64,000 nt of DNA from Ylistrum balloti (taxonomy: Eukaryota): contig NW_026782025.1 in NCBI RefSeq assembly GCF_031769215.1, positions 1-64,000 of the forward strand. The letters run 5' to 3'. The notes beneath the pieces were generated by a model, which did not search any database, was not told the DNA's origin, and saw only the letters and a program-made list of their open reading frames with translations. Positions within the stretch are counted from its first letter, which is position 1. Every line of letters begins with the position of its first letter. The position numbers and the translations under genes are program-made. Of the stretch, positions 63,576 to 64,000 are shown piece by piece.

Positions 63576-64000
63576 ATATATGCGTTTGTTTCTATACACG
63601 AATACCAATTAATAGATTCTAAAGGTATTTTTTCATTAATTCAATCATCAGAATGCTATAATACATATTTAAAGTAACTTAGTAATTAGGCTTCAATCAA
63701 TATATCATGATTTCTCGCGTATAGCCTACAACAACAGCTTGCACGCAGATGTTTTACTATATAGTCGATAACCCGCACCTCCGTATTGCCCACAAGTCGA
63801 AAACTTGAATGCTGTATAAATGGACCAAGAAAATAATGTGATATTTGAATCGTTTTATATGTATGTTTACCACAACATTCTCAAGTTGTAACCTCGCCAA
63901 ATCAGCTGTGTCTTACAAGCTCATGAACTGCCAAAAGTGTACTAATGTTTCAATTAATGTAAGCAAATGAATGTTACCTTCTTTATAACAAGTCGGGAAT

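Overview
AT-rich animal genomic DNA, almost entirely non-coding. The repeat families suggest a bivalve mollusc, but that is inference. The only well-supported gene feature is the first coding exon of a class A aminergic GPCR on the minus strand (33426-33662). Its TM1/ICL1 sequence most resembles the histamine H1 receptor. It ends at a perfect GTAAGT donor, and I found no second coding exon in the ~33 kb downstream. The rest is a patchwork of repeats. (1) Two long minisatellite arrays (58 bp; 38-40 bp with a sequence gradient) and several short ones. (2) Three non-autonomous Helentron/DINE-like elements (HINEs) carrying internal tandem repeats. (3) Fossils of Penelope-like retroelements with a C-terminal RT (Naiad-type), including six copies of one conserved, possibly structured 3' motif. 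(4) RTE-like LINE fossils, a CORE-SINE and several MITEs, one a clean PIF/Harbinger-type insertion with a CTG target duplication. (5) A dispersed ~150-200 bp family, present at least seven times, whose reconstructed consensus is a minimal type I hammerhead ribozyme; the copy at 18554-18598 keeps the full catalytic core. There is a 182-N assembly gap at 26227-26408. I saw no rRNA, tRNA gene or CRISPR array. Most listed ORFs are artefacts of repeats or AT-rich sequence. All family assignments come from motifs recalled by eye and need database confirmation.
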